Program-made: the position numbers and the translations under genes
NCBI GenBank assembly: GCA_000708835.1
Contig: DF237068.1
Coordinates: 100,568-164,567 of the forward strand
Length of the DNA stretch: 64,000 nt
Reading direction: 5' to 3'
Source: Klebsormidium nitens
Lineage: Eukaryota > Plantae > Klebsormidiophyceae
Shown: piece by piece, positions 24,101 through 35,305 of the stretch
How positions within the stretch are numbered: the stretch's first letter is position 1
Layout: each line of letters starts with the position of its first letter
The notes under the pieces: model-generated
The model's input: the letters and a program-made list of their open reading frames with translations, nothing else
What the model was told of the DNA's origin: nothing
Databases searched by the model: none

Positions 24101-27100
24101 ACATGAAACGAAGAACAGGCGGTACAAAGGGACAGGAAAGTGTACAAGCTACGGCGTGCACCATACGGGTCCAAAGAAAGAAGGTGAACCTGTTTCAATT
24201 GAACCAGTGACAAGAGGCGGGTAGCGCAGAACACAATCTAGTCCTTGCAGAATACAGACTCGACTGTCGTCACTGATCCTGAAATTGTCCGACCCAAGGC
24301 CAAACTCTTCCGAAGTTTGTACAGGCAATTGGCGGGGTCAAGGGGAGAGACCGACGGCTTACAATGTAACGGCGGTACAAAGAGAAGGCCCGGAAGTCGT
24401 CCGTATCCGATCCGATCCAGGTGTAACTCTGGGACGCAACCGGGTACGTGGTCGCCAAAAAGTAGAAGAAGCACCCCGCGAAGTGGGCCGCTAAGATGAT
24501 GACCTGGCAACGACATGACGTCAGCAAGGACAAGTCAAACGAGATAGCAGAAGCACACCTTAAACAACGCCTTCTATAAGTATCTGACAACGGGATGCCA
24601 ATGTCCTAGTCATGCAGACACAATCCGCCAGGTCTCGTAACGAGCGTGGCACTTTGGTGCTGAGCGCTACTCCCAGCAGAAAGTAACACAAGAAGACTGT
24701 GAACTCACCAGGACAAATTTGACGGTACGTGTCCAGAAATAGTTGATGCGGATGTTCTTCTCCAATCTGACACAGGATGACGCCAATTGTCGATCCAGAG
24801 CAAATGGAGACGGTCTTGCAAGGGAAAGCTCTCCGGAAGAATTTCTCCGGGAGGAACGAGACTCAATCCTAGTTACTTGGGCTCTGCAGCACTCTGGAGC
24901 GCTGCCTTTAGTGGACCTAGAAAGGCTTGCTCGTCTAGCCTCGACTTCTGTGATCACAAAGGGGAACAAGGTGTCTCTTACGGAGCGCTTGCCACTTGCT
25001 GTTCGAAGCACCTCACAACCAATCGTGCAGCAGCACTCCAGCTCTCGTCACAACCATTCTGGATCCGCCATGCTTCGAAGTGTCGACACAACTTAAAAGA
25101 AGGCTTCGAACCAGTCAAAACTTCAGATATGGATGAAGCTGCGCAAGAGCGCACGGGAGCATGGCTTACTTGGCAAACAGGCGGGAAAGTCGTCTGAGCC
25201 GCCACAGGCGCAGCAGCCCGAGGATCCGGAAGATGAGATGCGTGGAAGTACCGTGAGCTGTGCCACGCAGCACGGAGCGGAATGGGATGCATGACAGCAG
25301 GTCCAGTAAGAAGAACGAGCGGAGGTACCTAGTGAAGTAAGGTGCAGCACACGGTGAAAATAAGGAACGCACACGAGAATTCATGCGCTCCACAATCAAA
25401 CTCACCCTAACCACCCGACTGAATAAACCCGTCTCCCAGACGCCTAAGTTCGATGAGATGCTTCTTCAGTGAAAACTTGATGGATCTCCTGACCAGATGT
25501 ATGTGCCGTGGGTAGCTTTTATTCAAGTGTTTCAAATATGTCGAATGCTGTTGGTATATAAAAGCAAGGGTAACAAGAGAAGGAGCGAAATGGGGAAACC
25601 TTCCCAGGCTACCGAAGGACTGAGAGAAGAGGTACCATCTGCGCCTTGATATGGTTGGGGTGCCTACATAAAGTATAGGCAGTCCTCACCGTGCATCAGC
25701 GATTAGCCTTATCAACGAACTAACTACATCTGTGGCGTCACTTCGACAGGGACAAGAGGCAAGCGTACCAATCGTGACCGCAGCACGTCAACCATTCTAA
25801 TGTGATGCTTAGCAAGCGGCCATGTTCCGAGATACATGCCAAACTGTCCCGCTCACTTGATGCCAATTTGTTTCTGGTCCACGATGAGCTCAGCCGTGTT
25901 CTTGTCATAGTAAGCGACTGCAAAAAACGAAAACAGATTAGTAGGCTACAATCGATATGTAGTTTCCCTTCAGACTTTGTTTCAACCACAAGGTCTTTTG
26001 GAAAAGGACTTAGTTGAAGATACTAGTTGCTCCCAGATCCTCTCTGGCTAAGTCTGCACTGCCTTAACTTGAGTAGCCTAACATTCGAATCTCCTTCTGG
26101 AGCTCCCTTTGGAGCATAAGATCACCAACATCTGGAAGGCTGATTGCGAAGTGTACCCAGTCTCTAATTGCGGCTGATGAACTGCAAAGGAGCACGTAGC
26201 TCTGACATCGAAGCAAGTGGCTATGGTGTTCAGCCGCACAACCCAATCAAACATGGGAGACGAAAAAAGAGTGTACCGAGAGAATAAGGACGTGCTACTG
26301 CTTCACTCTGTGAAAGGACAGGCCTGTTATAATATCAGACCAAAAGCTTGCTGACAGAGGAGAAAGCACGCATCAATGGAGATTCCCATCACACTTGCAT
26401 AGCTTGCGCCATCGGCTTCTTGAGGATCACGCGTCAATTCCAAAACATGAGTACATGCTTTTTTCTCCACTGTAACAACCAACCTTAGAACAACGAATAT
26501 CCACCTGGTACTTCCTGCTGATTGGCTTACCAAAAAAGGTGATGACCAGATCGCAGATGAAGAAGAAGTCCGATACGCTGTCGCTGATTGTCAAGCCTAG
26601 GCTTTCATTTCTGGGAACAAAGGCAAACTCGAATGGCCCAACCCAGGCAGTGTACAGTACCTGCAATCGACGGAAGTCTGCAACTCTTCGCTCTGCAGAG
26701 GACTTTCGACATTGCTTACGGAGTAGACACACAGCGGCCTTGCCAGTATGCATAATGACCTTTCACGGCGATCAATCCCCATTACTCTGACCGATTGCTC
26801 GGTCAAGGTGTTAAGAAAACAGGTAAGGGATTGGCGTAATACGACAGTGTGGGGTGCGCAGATGAAGGACCTTGCAATGGAGGCAAGCAACATACAGGGT
26901 GCTTTTTGACACATTGACAGATCCAGTGACTGCAGAGTGTGGGAAGAAAGCGTTTTACTGACCCAGAGCAGCAGGAAGTCGCTCCATTGCTGGTAGCTCT
27001 TGTCAAGAGGGTGGATGATATAGGGGGGTAGCTTGGTTGCCTGAACCTGCTCGTTTACATCTGGAGAAATCGCAGATGAAGAATTACAGGTTACTCAGGG

Positions 27101-27744
27101 CATCTGCAATGAAGTTATGAAGACTACGAAAGCAAAGAAAAAGACGTGGAAGTTTGGCTGTTGAAGATGTGCCTTTGGCCCTGGAATGGATAGATACTAC
27201 AGCATCCAATCTGAGCAAACAATCTGCTCGGTGCTTGGTGGCGTGATCTAAACAAGGTTGCTGACATCCTCCTAGGTTGCTGACACTGTTGACCCAAAAC
27301 ATTGGAGGAGGGAACAAGGGCATAGCAAGGCAGCACAGAAATGCTAAACTGCATACACCACCTTCGCAGCATTTGACGAAGCTTTCCGCACCAAGCAGAC
27401 TAACATTGGCCGAGACGCGTCTAAAGCAAAGTTAAGCAGACCAATGAGTCGAACCCAATCAGTGGCAGACAAGTAGGAGTCCAAGAGCTTCAGGAACTCT
27501 GGCTTCTCTTGCATACATGCAGGTAGAATCGTCATTTAACGCAGCCCCAAACTCCCGACTTCTCGTGCTGTCTCAAGGAGGACGAAGACACAGGACAACG
27601 AAGCTGCTAACCCAGCAGAGCTCTCTCACCCAGAGCAAAGGAGCCTTGTCGTGTGGAATACGCCTTCAGGTCTGCCTGCAGCTTTGCCAGCGCGTTTCCT
27701 CGGACCAGCAGGGTCTGCTGGACCCTGTGGTGCTCCTCTGACAT
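15191..27744 (-). CDS. Plant-type Shaker voltage-gated K+ channel (S1-S6, CNBD, ankyrin repeats, KHA), at least 17 exons, over 1028 aa
   Basis: Exons on -: 27744-27630, 27060-26963, 26660-26531, 25917-25857, 25328-25170 (S4 LRLWRLRRL), 24766-24709, 24503-24363, 23998-23958 and 23438-23297 (pore TTVG|YGD), 22454-22218, 21497-21399, 20546-20328 (CNBD), 19347-19153, 18706-18631, 18205-17973 (ANK), 17521-16570, 15915-15787 (KHA: AEIRDVSLLRDGDHIYL). All phases are consistent. The terminal exon is uncertain (15402-15191 or 15326-15109) and exon 1 is less certain than the rest. Confidence 0.92.
15951..16145 (-). repeat. Four tandem degenerate copies (about 50 nt period) of the acceptor and 5' edge of K+ channel exon 17
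   Basis: Units resemble ttcttgcag|AGACCGAGTTTGGTTAC (true copy starts at 15915) near 15951-15989, 16001-16040, 16051-16090 and 16104-16145. Confidence 0.85.
19416..19680 (-). repeat. Two degenerate intronic copies of K+ channel exon 13
   Basis: 19667-19575 reads PIRTQDDQHLSLLTKRISVVVTKKE in the homologous frame; 19479-19416 reads TIRTEDDLLVQLCAAVATGDV; the true exon reads TIRTEDDQHLTDLADEVSRVVARKEEEMVVQLCAAAATGDL. Confidence 0.85.
20221..20305. repeat. Intronic direct repeat CCCCTGAACTGGT(T/C)AAGC(T/C)GTAACCCC
   Basis: Copies at 20221-20247 and 20277-20305 with a partial copy between them. Confidence 0.75.
21498..21548 (-). repeat. Duplicated acceptor and 5' edge of K+ channel exon 11
   Basis: catgcag|GAAGCTGACGTGGA occurs at exon start 21497 and again at 21539, 42 nt upstream. 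Confidence 0.85.
22455..22615 (-). repeat. Two degenerate copies of the acceptor and 5' edge of K+ channel exon 10
   Basis: tttgcag|CG(C/G)CAGA... at 22606 and 22495; the true exon starts at 22454. Confidence 0.85.
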
Positions 27745-28098
27745 GGTGGTCGCTCTTCAGATTGAGATCCCTAAACAATAAACTCCTCTGGTTTGCATGC
27801 CCTAAGAGATAACACCTCCTCGATGATGCCTAGGCAGGCACGCCAAAACCTTGCAGCAGATGTGCATCCCTGGGCACCATGCGAGCACAACACAAGATCA
27901 ATCCAATAAAGTCACCATGGAGGTGCGCACACGAAGACCGTCTGCACGCGTTCGACAAGCTGCTCTCCGAATCCCAGCACGTAAACATAGAGGTAGGTAC
28001 GAGAGGTCTGCGGCCCCTTTGAATAATGACATCATCATTCCTGTAGGCGCCTCGGAGCCGGCGTCGCGTCGGGGGACTCCTCAGCCTCACTGCCCTCA

Positions 28099-28372
28099 TA
28101 GGCTGTTCGCACTTGCCGTTTTCCGGTCAAAACCGAGCCTGATCGGGCTCGGTTCGGACATTTTGAGCCCGAGCCTGCTCGGTTTTGAATCGAGTTGACA
28201 TCGAAACCGATCAGGCTCAGGCTCAATTTTCTCGGGCCCGAAGACCATGATCGACTCGACAGTGCTCGGACCCGAAAGTAACCAATGCGAACGGTACGGG
28301 TCAAAACCGAGCCCGATCAGGGCTCGGGTGGTCGGGTCCTTCAATTTTAGAAACTACAGTGCGAATACCCTA
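28099..28372. mobile_element. hAT-like MITE (about 274 bp)
   Basis: Imperfect TIRs TAGGCTGTTCGCACT (28099-28113) and AGTGCGAATACCCTA (28358-28372); many internal AAACCGAGCC/GGCTCGG subterminal motifs in both orientations. No clean 8-bp TSD seen. Confidence 0.6.
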
Positions 28373-28457
28373 TCACTGTTGACATCAGTGTCAGGCTCAA
28401 CAAAACTGACAAAAGGCTCATGTCAGATTGGGTTCAAGATGTTGATCAAACCAACTA

Positions 28458-28944
28458 CCCGTAGTGGATAACTCTCAAGAAAGATAATAGTAAGCGCCAA
28501 GATAATAGTAAGCTCCGACTAACACTAAAAACCCTAACCTTAAATGAAACACCCGCTCCGCACCCGTACCCACCCTATCCACCATACTAACCCTACCCGT
28601 CACAGTACGGTTACCTTACTACTATTAGTATTTTCTGGGCTTACTATTATTTTTCTTGAGTTTCATCCGTAGTGGCACGACCCTTTCACACCAAAAATAA
28701 TTATTCTGGGCTTTTGTGAAAAAAATAAATAATTCTGAACAGGCCGGTGTGAAATAGTGAAACGAGGAAAAGCTGGTTAGGGTTGTGGTTCTATTCGAAA
28801 AACAAGGTTTGTACTGCTAACTTCCTAGGGTTTGCTCTTTGGTGTGAAAATTTGAAACTGGTCGCTGGGCTGGTGTGAAAAAATAAAAGCGAAAAAAATA
28901 ATTGTTCGCAGCGAGGAGGTGTGAAAGGGTCGTGCCACTACGGG
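28458..28944. mobile_element. Tc1/mariner-type (TA-flanked) MITE whose left TIR is interrupted by a nested element
   Basis: Right TIR GGTGTGAAAGGGTCGTGCCACTACGGG (28918-28944). The left TIR is perfect once the nested insert and one TSD copy are removed (CCCGTAGT 28458-28465 plus GGCACGACCCTTTCACACC 28674-28692). TA flanks at 28456-28457 and 28945-28946. Confidence 0.8.
28466..28668. mobile_element. Nested MITE (about 200 bp) inserted in the TIR of the outer MITE
   Basis: TIRs GGATAACTCTCAAGAAAGATAATAGTAAG and CTTACTATTATTTTTCTTGAGTTTCATCC. TSD GTAGT (28461-28465 and 28669-28673), extendable to 9 bp CCGTAGTGG if the terminal GG/CC are counted as target. Interior contains AAACCCTAA-like motifs. 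Confidence 0.8.
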
Positions 28945-29398
28945 TAGAAAGGTGATGCTTCCAAGAAGTAAGCAAATGGAAGAAGGCTGCAGGCTTGATC
29001 GGATTTGGAGCAGCACCGAAAGCCGTGTTCTAAAACCTGCTTCGGAGAGAGTCGGTAACGGTAGAGATTAAGCGCCCGGTACTCTGTGCCCGGCTGTGCC
29101 CGGCAGTTCCGTTACCAATTTAACTTCCACTTGATCTGGTTTGTGCGAATCTGGAACTGCCGTTCTAACCGGTCCTTCAGCTGACCATTCTCATCATTAC
29201 CGCCAATCTAGATGGCCCCCGGCCTGGGCCCTCGGAGCACACAGCTAGCTGTGCTGACTCGGCGATGCAACCAGTTGAACTTGAAGCAACAAGAATGTCA
29301 GGAATGTATCCAGTCTTTGAATGTACAGCATGTATAGCTGAGCATGAGGCTATGTAGCAGCGCTGCTTTGTCATCCTTCTGCGGTTGCAAGATGCCAA

Positions 29399-32300
29399 AT
29401 GCTTTTTCTGAATCTCAAGCGTCATGTAACTTTCTTTCAATCTCCCCAGCGAATCGTGCTTTGCGCAATGCTGAGCTCCATCTCTTTCGACGGCTTGTCG
29501 GCGCCACTGGGCCAATTTGGTGGCATTGCCCATTTGCAATGCACCAGAAGCAGGATCTCTCCTTCGCCAGGCTTGAATGCAGCCATATCAAGCCAGAGCA
29601 CATGCCCTGTCAGAATACCCAGCCAATCATCAGAAAGCCCTTACTACGTAGATGAACAGTTGGTGAAGTCCATCTTAGCAAGGAACTGGTTTCTGAAGCA
29701 TCCCCACAGCAGAGTTGATAAAGTCAAGATACAGGAAGCCTCAGACGAGAGCAAAGTGTCTGAAACCAACAATGGAGGAGTTCCAGAAGGGCCCCCCTCA
29801 ACCCCAGCCCTATCTCAGCTCAAATACAGTCCCACCCAATCTTGCATTGCTGACATAGAGCCGCTGCACAAGTACAGCGTCAGCAAGGGTCGCAGGAATC
29901 CATTCGAAAGCGAAGAGGATGCCTGTGCAGATGATCAGGACAGTCAAATTGGTCTTTTCAGTGGTTCGGAAAGAGGCAAAGTGGCCCCCAACTTCTTTGT
30001 AGTCAGGGATGACCTGCTTCACCCGCTAATGGGGGGGAACAAGATGCGGAAGCTGGACGCACTCGTACCGCAGCTGCAAGGGGAGGGGGTTACTGACGTG
30101 GTGAGAAAGTTTTAACCAGCCACTCTGTGAAAGAAACCATCCAGGTTTATTTGGGTTGGTTTTTAAGATGCTTTCAAGATAAGGGTCTGCTTTTCAACGT
30201 TTGGCTGTAGCCATGCTTGGCCAAGGAGACTCATCAGTCATGTTCTATTAGAGGACACTGTACGGATTGATTTTAAGTTTGGTTTTAGCACCTTGTGCTT
30301 GGGCTGATTGCCGTAACCTATATTCTTGCTTCTCTAAACATGATAGTCAAGACCAAGCACACCCTGTGACTTACTTGTCCTCTGTTTACACCACTATTTC
30401 AGCAGATGTTACCTAACCCAGCAAATGCAGGCAATGCCCGTGACTTGACCCTGTGGCCTGCTTATGCGAGTCATGACAAGAGTCAGCCAGACTTTCCAAC
30501 CCGGCCTTTTGCCTTTCTGTGCAGATCACTTGTGGAGGCATGCAGAGCGCTCATACTGCAGCTGTAGGTAAGCGGGCCACAAGTCAGAGTGGCTCTCTTT
30601 TCAACTTGCGCTTGTTTGCTACAAGTCACTCAAAGTCTCTAGAGAAGAAAAAGGTCACCTAGACTGCATCTGAAACCCAGGTCTTTATAGCTACATTGTG
30701 GCTTTGATCATGTCCAGTTAGGACAACTGATCTGTCGGCAGTACTCCAGCAGCTGAGACCCTGATCTTACCAAGAGTCCATGAACAGAAGATTCAATCTC
30801 ACATTGTACCCGTCTTTTTCCAAACCGACGTGTTTGCAATTGGCTACACTGAGTGCATTAGTCAGGGGACTGCAGACTAGTCTACTTTGTGCTTCTTCCC
30901 CACCACTTGGAAAGTAGAAAGACTGAGAGGCAGAAAACGTGTCCATGGAAATCTCTCACAGAGTGGGGTCAAGCAGATTCAGTAAGTTTGAAACGGGGGC
31001 CGAGGACGCTGCAGGTAATGGGTAAGGTGGCGAGGTTCAGAGCTAAACTCTGGGCCAGGAGTTGACCACTCATCAATCGAGAAGCCCCGGGTCAAAACCC
31101 TTAATCTCGCTACGTCACCCCTTCCAGAAGCATTCCCAGCCACGGTCCCACAGTGACGGATTCTCTCTGACCCCACTCTGACAGGTCGTCCATTATTTTA
31201 GTCCAGCAGTTGTGACTCAATCCCCGGAGAAGGAATAAAGTTTAAGACTCCATAATACTCTTGTCCCGCCAGGTCCTGCTATTTCGCCCCTTGCCCCTGC
31301 TGGGCTTGCGAAATCTTTACCCATCGATTTCCAAAGTAGCATCTAACGGACTCTTGACATCTTTCTTTTTCCCCACAAGTATCCGACCAGCAAACTTGTG
31401 AAACAAAGAGGCAGACAAAGTACCTCATCAGTCCTCGCCATCCCCGCTTTGCAGCTGTCGCTTGCGCCGAGAGTCAAATGACCGCGCACCTTTTGCTCCG
31501 AGGCGAACGCCCGCAAATCTTAACGGGCTACACGCTGGTCTGCCACATGTATGGGCACGTGACATACGTCCCTCGGTCGGAGTACGCTGACCGGGACGCG
31601 ATGTTCGCCAAGCACGTGGACAGGCTGTCGAAGCGGGGGCCCGGAAAGGTCGGCGTGATCAAGGAAGGCGCTGGAGACGCATTCGCACTTCTCGGTGAGA
31701 GGTTCTGTTCGTCCCTTAAGTCCCCCTATTGTTACTCAAACCGCAATTCCGTCCTCAAGGGCCTCTATTGATACTTAAAGCCTAGTTGTGTAATGACTCT
31801 TGAGCAAAGGCCCACGAGACTCGGGAGAGAAGAGTCATCACAAGGAATTGAAGCAGACCCCTCGGCTGCGATTGTGAGTCTAGTGTCGTCGCAGAAACAT
31901 CGGACTCCCTCTGGGAATCCGAGAGGTCTTTGAGCCCGAGCGAACTCTGGAATGACGTTGTGAACGTGGCGCAGCTTCGGAAAGTACTATCAGACCAACG
32001 GTGTCTGTTAGAGTCGATTTCAGTTGCCCTTTGCTGCAAAGTGGTAATCCGACGTACATCGGTCGTGTTCCTTCCGTGTTCGTCAGTGACGATAGTATAA
32101 CCAGTGCCAGCGCAGTTGGTCTGCGAAGGCTTCGGTTACGTTTCTCATCCTTGAAGTTGATGTTTTTAAAAGTGTACCGCTTCATGGTTCTGAGCCAACG
32201 CAAGTCAACGGAAGCCGCATGTGTGGCGGGGATTATGGAGCCTTGCCTCCTCCAGCCCGTTCTTTTGCATTTGCTCGAACATCTACAGGCTGAAGTTATG

Positions 32301-33891
32301 AGGAAGGTAGAGTTGGTACGCTTCTATCGTAAAGACCGAATGGTCTGCTTCCGTTTTTATCGGTCTTCTTTAAATGAGAACTCTTTTGGATGGCAACATA
32401 TCGAAGTGTCCATCTCTCAGGGCAGCCCGTGTCAGACCAGTCAACCCGGCCTAGTCTCCCCTGGCAACCTGTTTCAAGTATAGGCTCCGTTAACTTCGCA
32501 CAACCGGGTTTTGTTCATTGTGCTTATTCGGGGCCCGTTTCTGCAGGCAGGCCTGATCCGCCTTGTCGACCACCTCCGCTCGTTGCCCGAGTTCCGGGGC
32601 GCTGATCCGTTGGACATTGTGGTTGACAGCGGAACCGGAACCACAGCCGTAGGCATGGCCCTTGGCGCAGCTTTACTGGGGTGAGTGGCTCTTCAATTCT
32701 GCCAACGCCGATGAAGTCTAAGTTGTATTCTGCTTCTGGGTCCGATTGCCGTTTCTCTGCTCGGTCCCGGGTTTGCTCCAATTTCAATACCCTCATTCTG
32801 AAAGAAGCGGGGTCCGAGTTCCGATTCATTCGTTTATCCTTTGTCTTCTCTTCGGGTTAGCCAAAAGCCACTCCTCTTTCGATCATGGGCAGTAGAGAGA
32901 TTGCAAAGACCACCAGATCATACATCACATCTCTTAGAGTCCAGGGATACAACCAGTCCGGCTTTCAATTCGTTCGTTTATACACGTGTCTTTTCTGTGT
33001 GCCCGCAGTCTGCCATGGACCGTCTCTGGTATCATGCTGGCATCCGGGACAGACTACTACACGTGTCAGCAGGAGCACCTGTTGCACGAGTTCTGGGCTG
33101 GACACGTGGGAACGAAAACAGCGCCGCCACGTCTCCAGCTGGAGTGGATTGAGCGAGAGACACCACGCAAGTAAGCCGGCTGATAATCTCGTCGCAGTTT
33201 TGATCGACTCTCTTTGGTGTAGACATTTTCTCCCAGCATTGCAACATTCTATCATAGGGCTGGCGTCTTGAAAGATAAAGAAGCCGGGACTATCGATGCT
33301 AGCATTATCCTAGCTCAGCCTTGTCCGATAGCACTGTCGGATTTGGATCCTTGTGCAGCACCTCCGCTCTCATCAACTGCAAAGGCAATACGAGGGACTT
33401 TGTCAGGCTAGCTGTATACTAGATGCAATTCGAAAAATAACAATTGATCTGATGTCAGAATTGAGCTTTTGAGGTCGTAATTGATGCAAAACTCAGGCCC
33501 CAGGTCCCTCGTGCATATTGTTGCACAAACTGCGCTCTTAAGTACTTACGCACCAGGGGGAAATCGTCCGGAACCTGGGCCAGACGTTGCTTGCTTGGAA
33601 GAACAGAGTTCTGTCCTTTGCTTGACTCTGCATACTGCTCTGCCGTCCAGGTTCGGCAAAGTCTTCAGCGAGGAGTTCGCCACGTGCCAGGGTATCGCTC
33701 GTCAGACCGGGATTCTCATGGACCCAATTTACACCTTGGCTGGATGGGAAGTGGCCGAAAGGAAAGCTGTTCAAGCCTTGGAGGAGTCTAGAGAAAGCAA
33801 AGCCCGCGAAAGTCGAAAGGTGGTCTACTTGCACACCGGAGGGACGCTTGGACTGTTTGGTCTTGCACAAAGATACCCGTCAGCAATTTAA
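29399..33891 (+). CDS. DCD2: D-cysteine desulfhydrase 2-like PLP enzyme (ACC deaminase/D-CDes family), 6 exons, about 505 aa, probable organellar transit peptide
   Basis: Exons 29399-30100, 30525-30567, 31455-31694, 32551-32680, 33009-33170, 33651-33891. Motifs FFVVRDDLLHPLMGGNKMRKL (PLP Lys), ITCGGMQSAHTAAV, VVDSGTGTTA, MDPIYT and YLHTGGTLGLFGLAQRY. Start codon choice is uncertain. Confidence 0.9.
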
Positions 33892-35305
33892 GTAACCTAG
33901 TTGATGGCCATCCATAATTTGCAGCTCAGCCCCCAAATGTTGATAGGATGACATATGTACCACATCGAATCTGATTGTGGTTGAAGCAATAATCAAATCT
34001 GTATAATTTGCAAAACAGAGATTGTTAAGAAGACTGTATCATATGTGTAGGAGCTTTAGGTAGGATCTGGAAGTTCTTTCAGATAGCCAATTATCCAATG
34101 ATATGACCTCCGAGCGGGATCGGACAAACCAAGCGCAGCCTGCATGATTGAACAACTAAGTACATATGCCTTGGATTCTCAAGTTTATGAAGAACAGAAA
34201 TCAAGCTAGTTCAGTTAAGGCGCGATTGCGGTTTACGAGGCTTGTTGAAACAATCAAGTCACTGAGAGGTTTCGAGTCAAGTTCCAAGCGGCAAGCTCAA
34301 CTGTACAATTCATTAATCCCTTCTTATTGGCATGTGAAATTTAACAGGGGTATCCCGTGATATGTCCCATGCATGAAGGACAACGCAAAAGTTGAACAAA
34401 GAATGTGGCCGGGCCGCGATGAGGCTGAGTAGCTAGGTCCTATAGCTGTGCAGTCCATGCGTGCATCTGTCCCGCTGCCTCCCGCATCGTTTCAACGTGC
34501 ATGACCAGTGCCGCCCGGCATGACAATCTTGATCGAGAGGGATCCCCTCAAACACTTTACGCTGCATGGAGAACCGGGCGGCAAGATCGCGGTCACCTCT
34601 GCCATGAGCAGATTCAGAATTCTAAAAAAAAGGGTCGCAGACCGGCCGTATTCACCGACGCGTGACGCTGGAATGACGGTGTGATCGCTTCATGCTGATG
34701 AAGCGCTCCAGAAGCTGACGTTTGCAGTGGCAAGAGGACAACAAATCTTTCACTGATTTCGGATATTGGAACTGAAGACTCTTTGAAGCCTATTAAAGTT
34801 TAAACTGAGCATGCGGTTGCACAGCTTCGTTTCTGCATTTGTTGAAGGTTGTCGTGTTTGAAAGCTCTCTAAGCTGCGCTTGCTTGGTGGGAGGGATTTG
34901 AAAGATTGGAGAGAGCGTTACGAAATGGCACATCAGAAGGTGAGCTTCCGGTGCAAAGCATGGTCTGGCACATTCGAAGCTAGGCCATGCTTTTGATCCT
35001 GAGCCCTTTCCTTTACTCAAATTTGTCAAGGCATCTCTTAGAGTCATGCAGCGCTGCAAGTTTTAGAGCCATGGGGACGATCATGGGATTTGATAGTAGT
35101 ACCCACTCTGGTTTTAAAGAACGTCCACCGTCTTGTTATTTGCCGGCCATTGCCTGCAGCGTGCTTGACACTGACTATTTCCGTAGTTGAGCAGCACCAA
35201 TAGTTTCATTCATCAAATGAATACTGATTACAGTGCCTGAAACAGTCATTTTGCATGCAATGCTGCCCTTTCGCCACCTTTTCTTTTGCACTTTGTAGAA
35301 CAGAA

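Noticed and set aside
27344-27535. Extra K+ channel exon in intron 1
   Set aside because: Exons 1 and 2 already join in phase with a sensible length; the acceptor is weak (AAG) and there is no homology support.
34686-34725. Hammerhead ribozyme (CTGATGA core at 34695-34701)
   Set aside because: No GAAA after a stem II and no stem III/cleavage triplet; only a small GCTTCAT/ATGAAGC hairpin.
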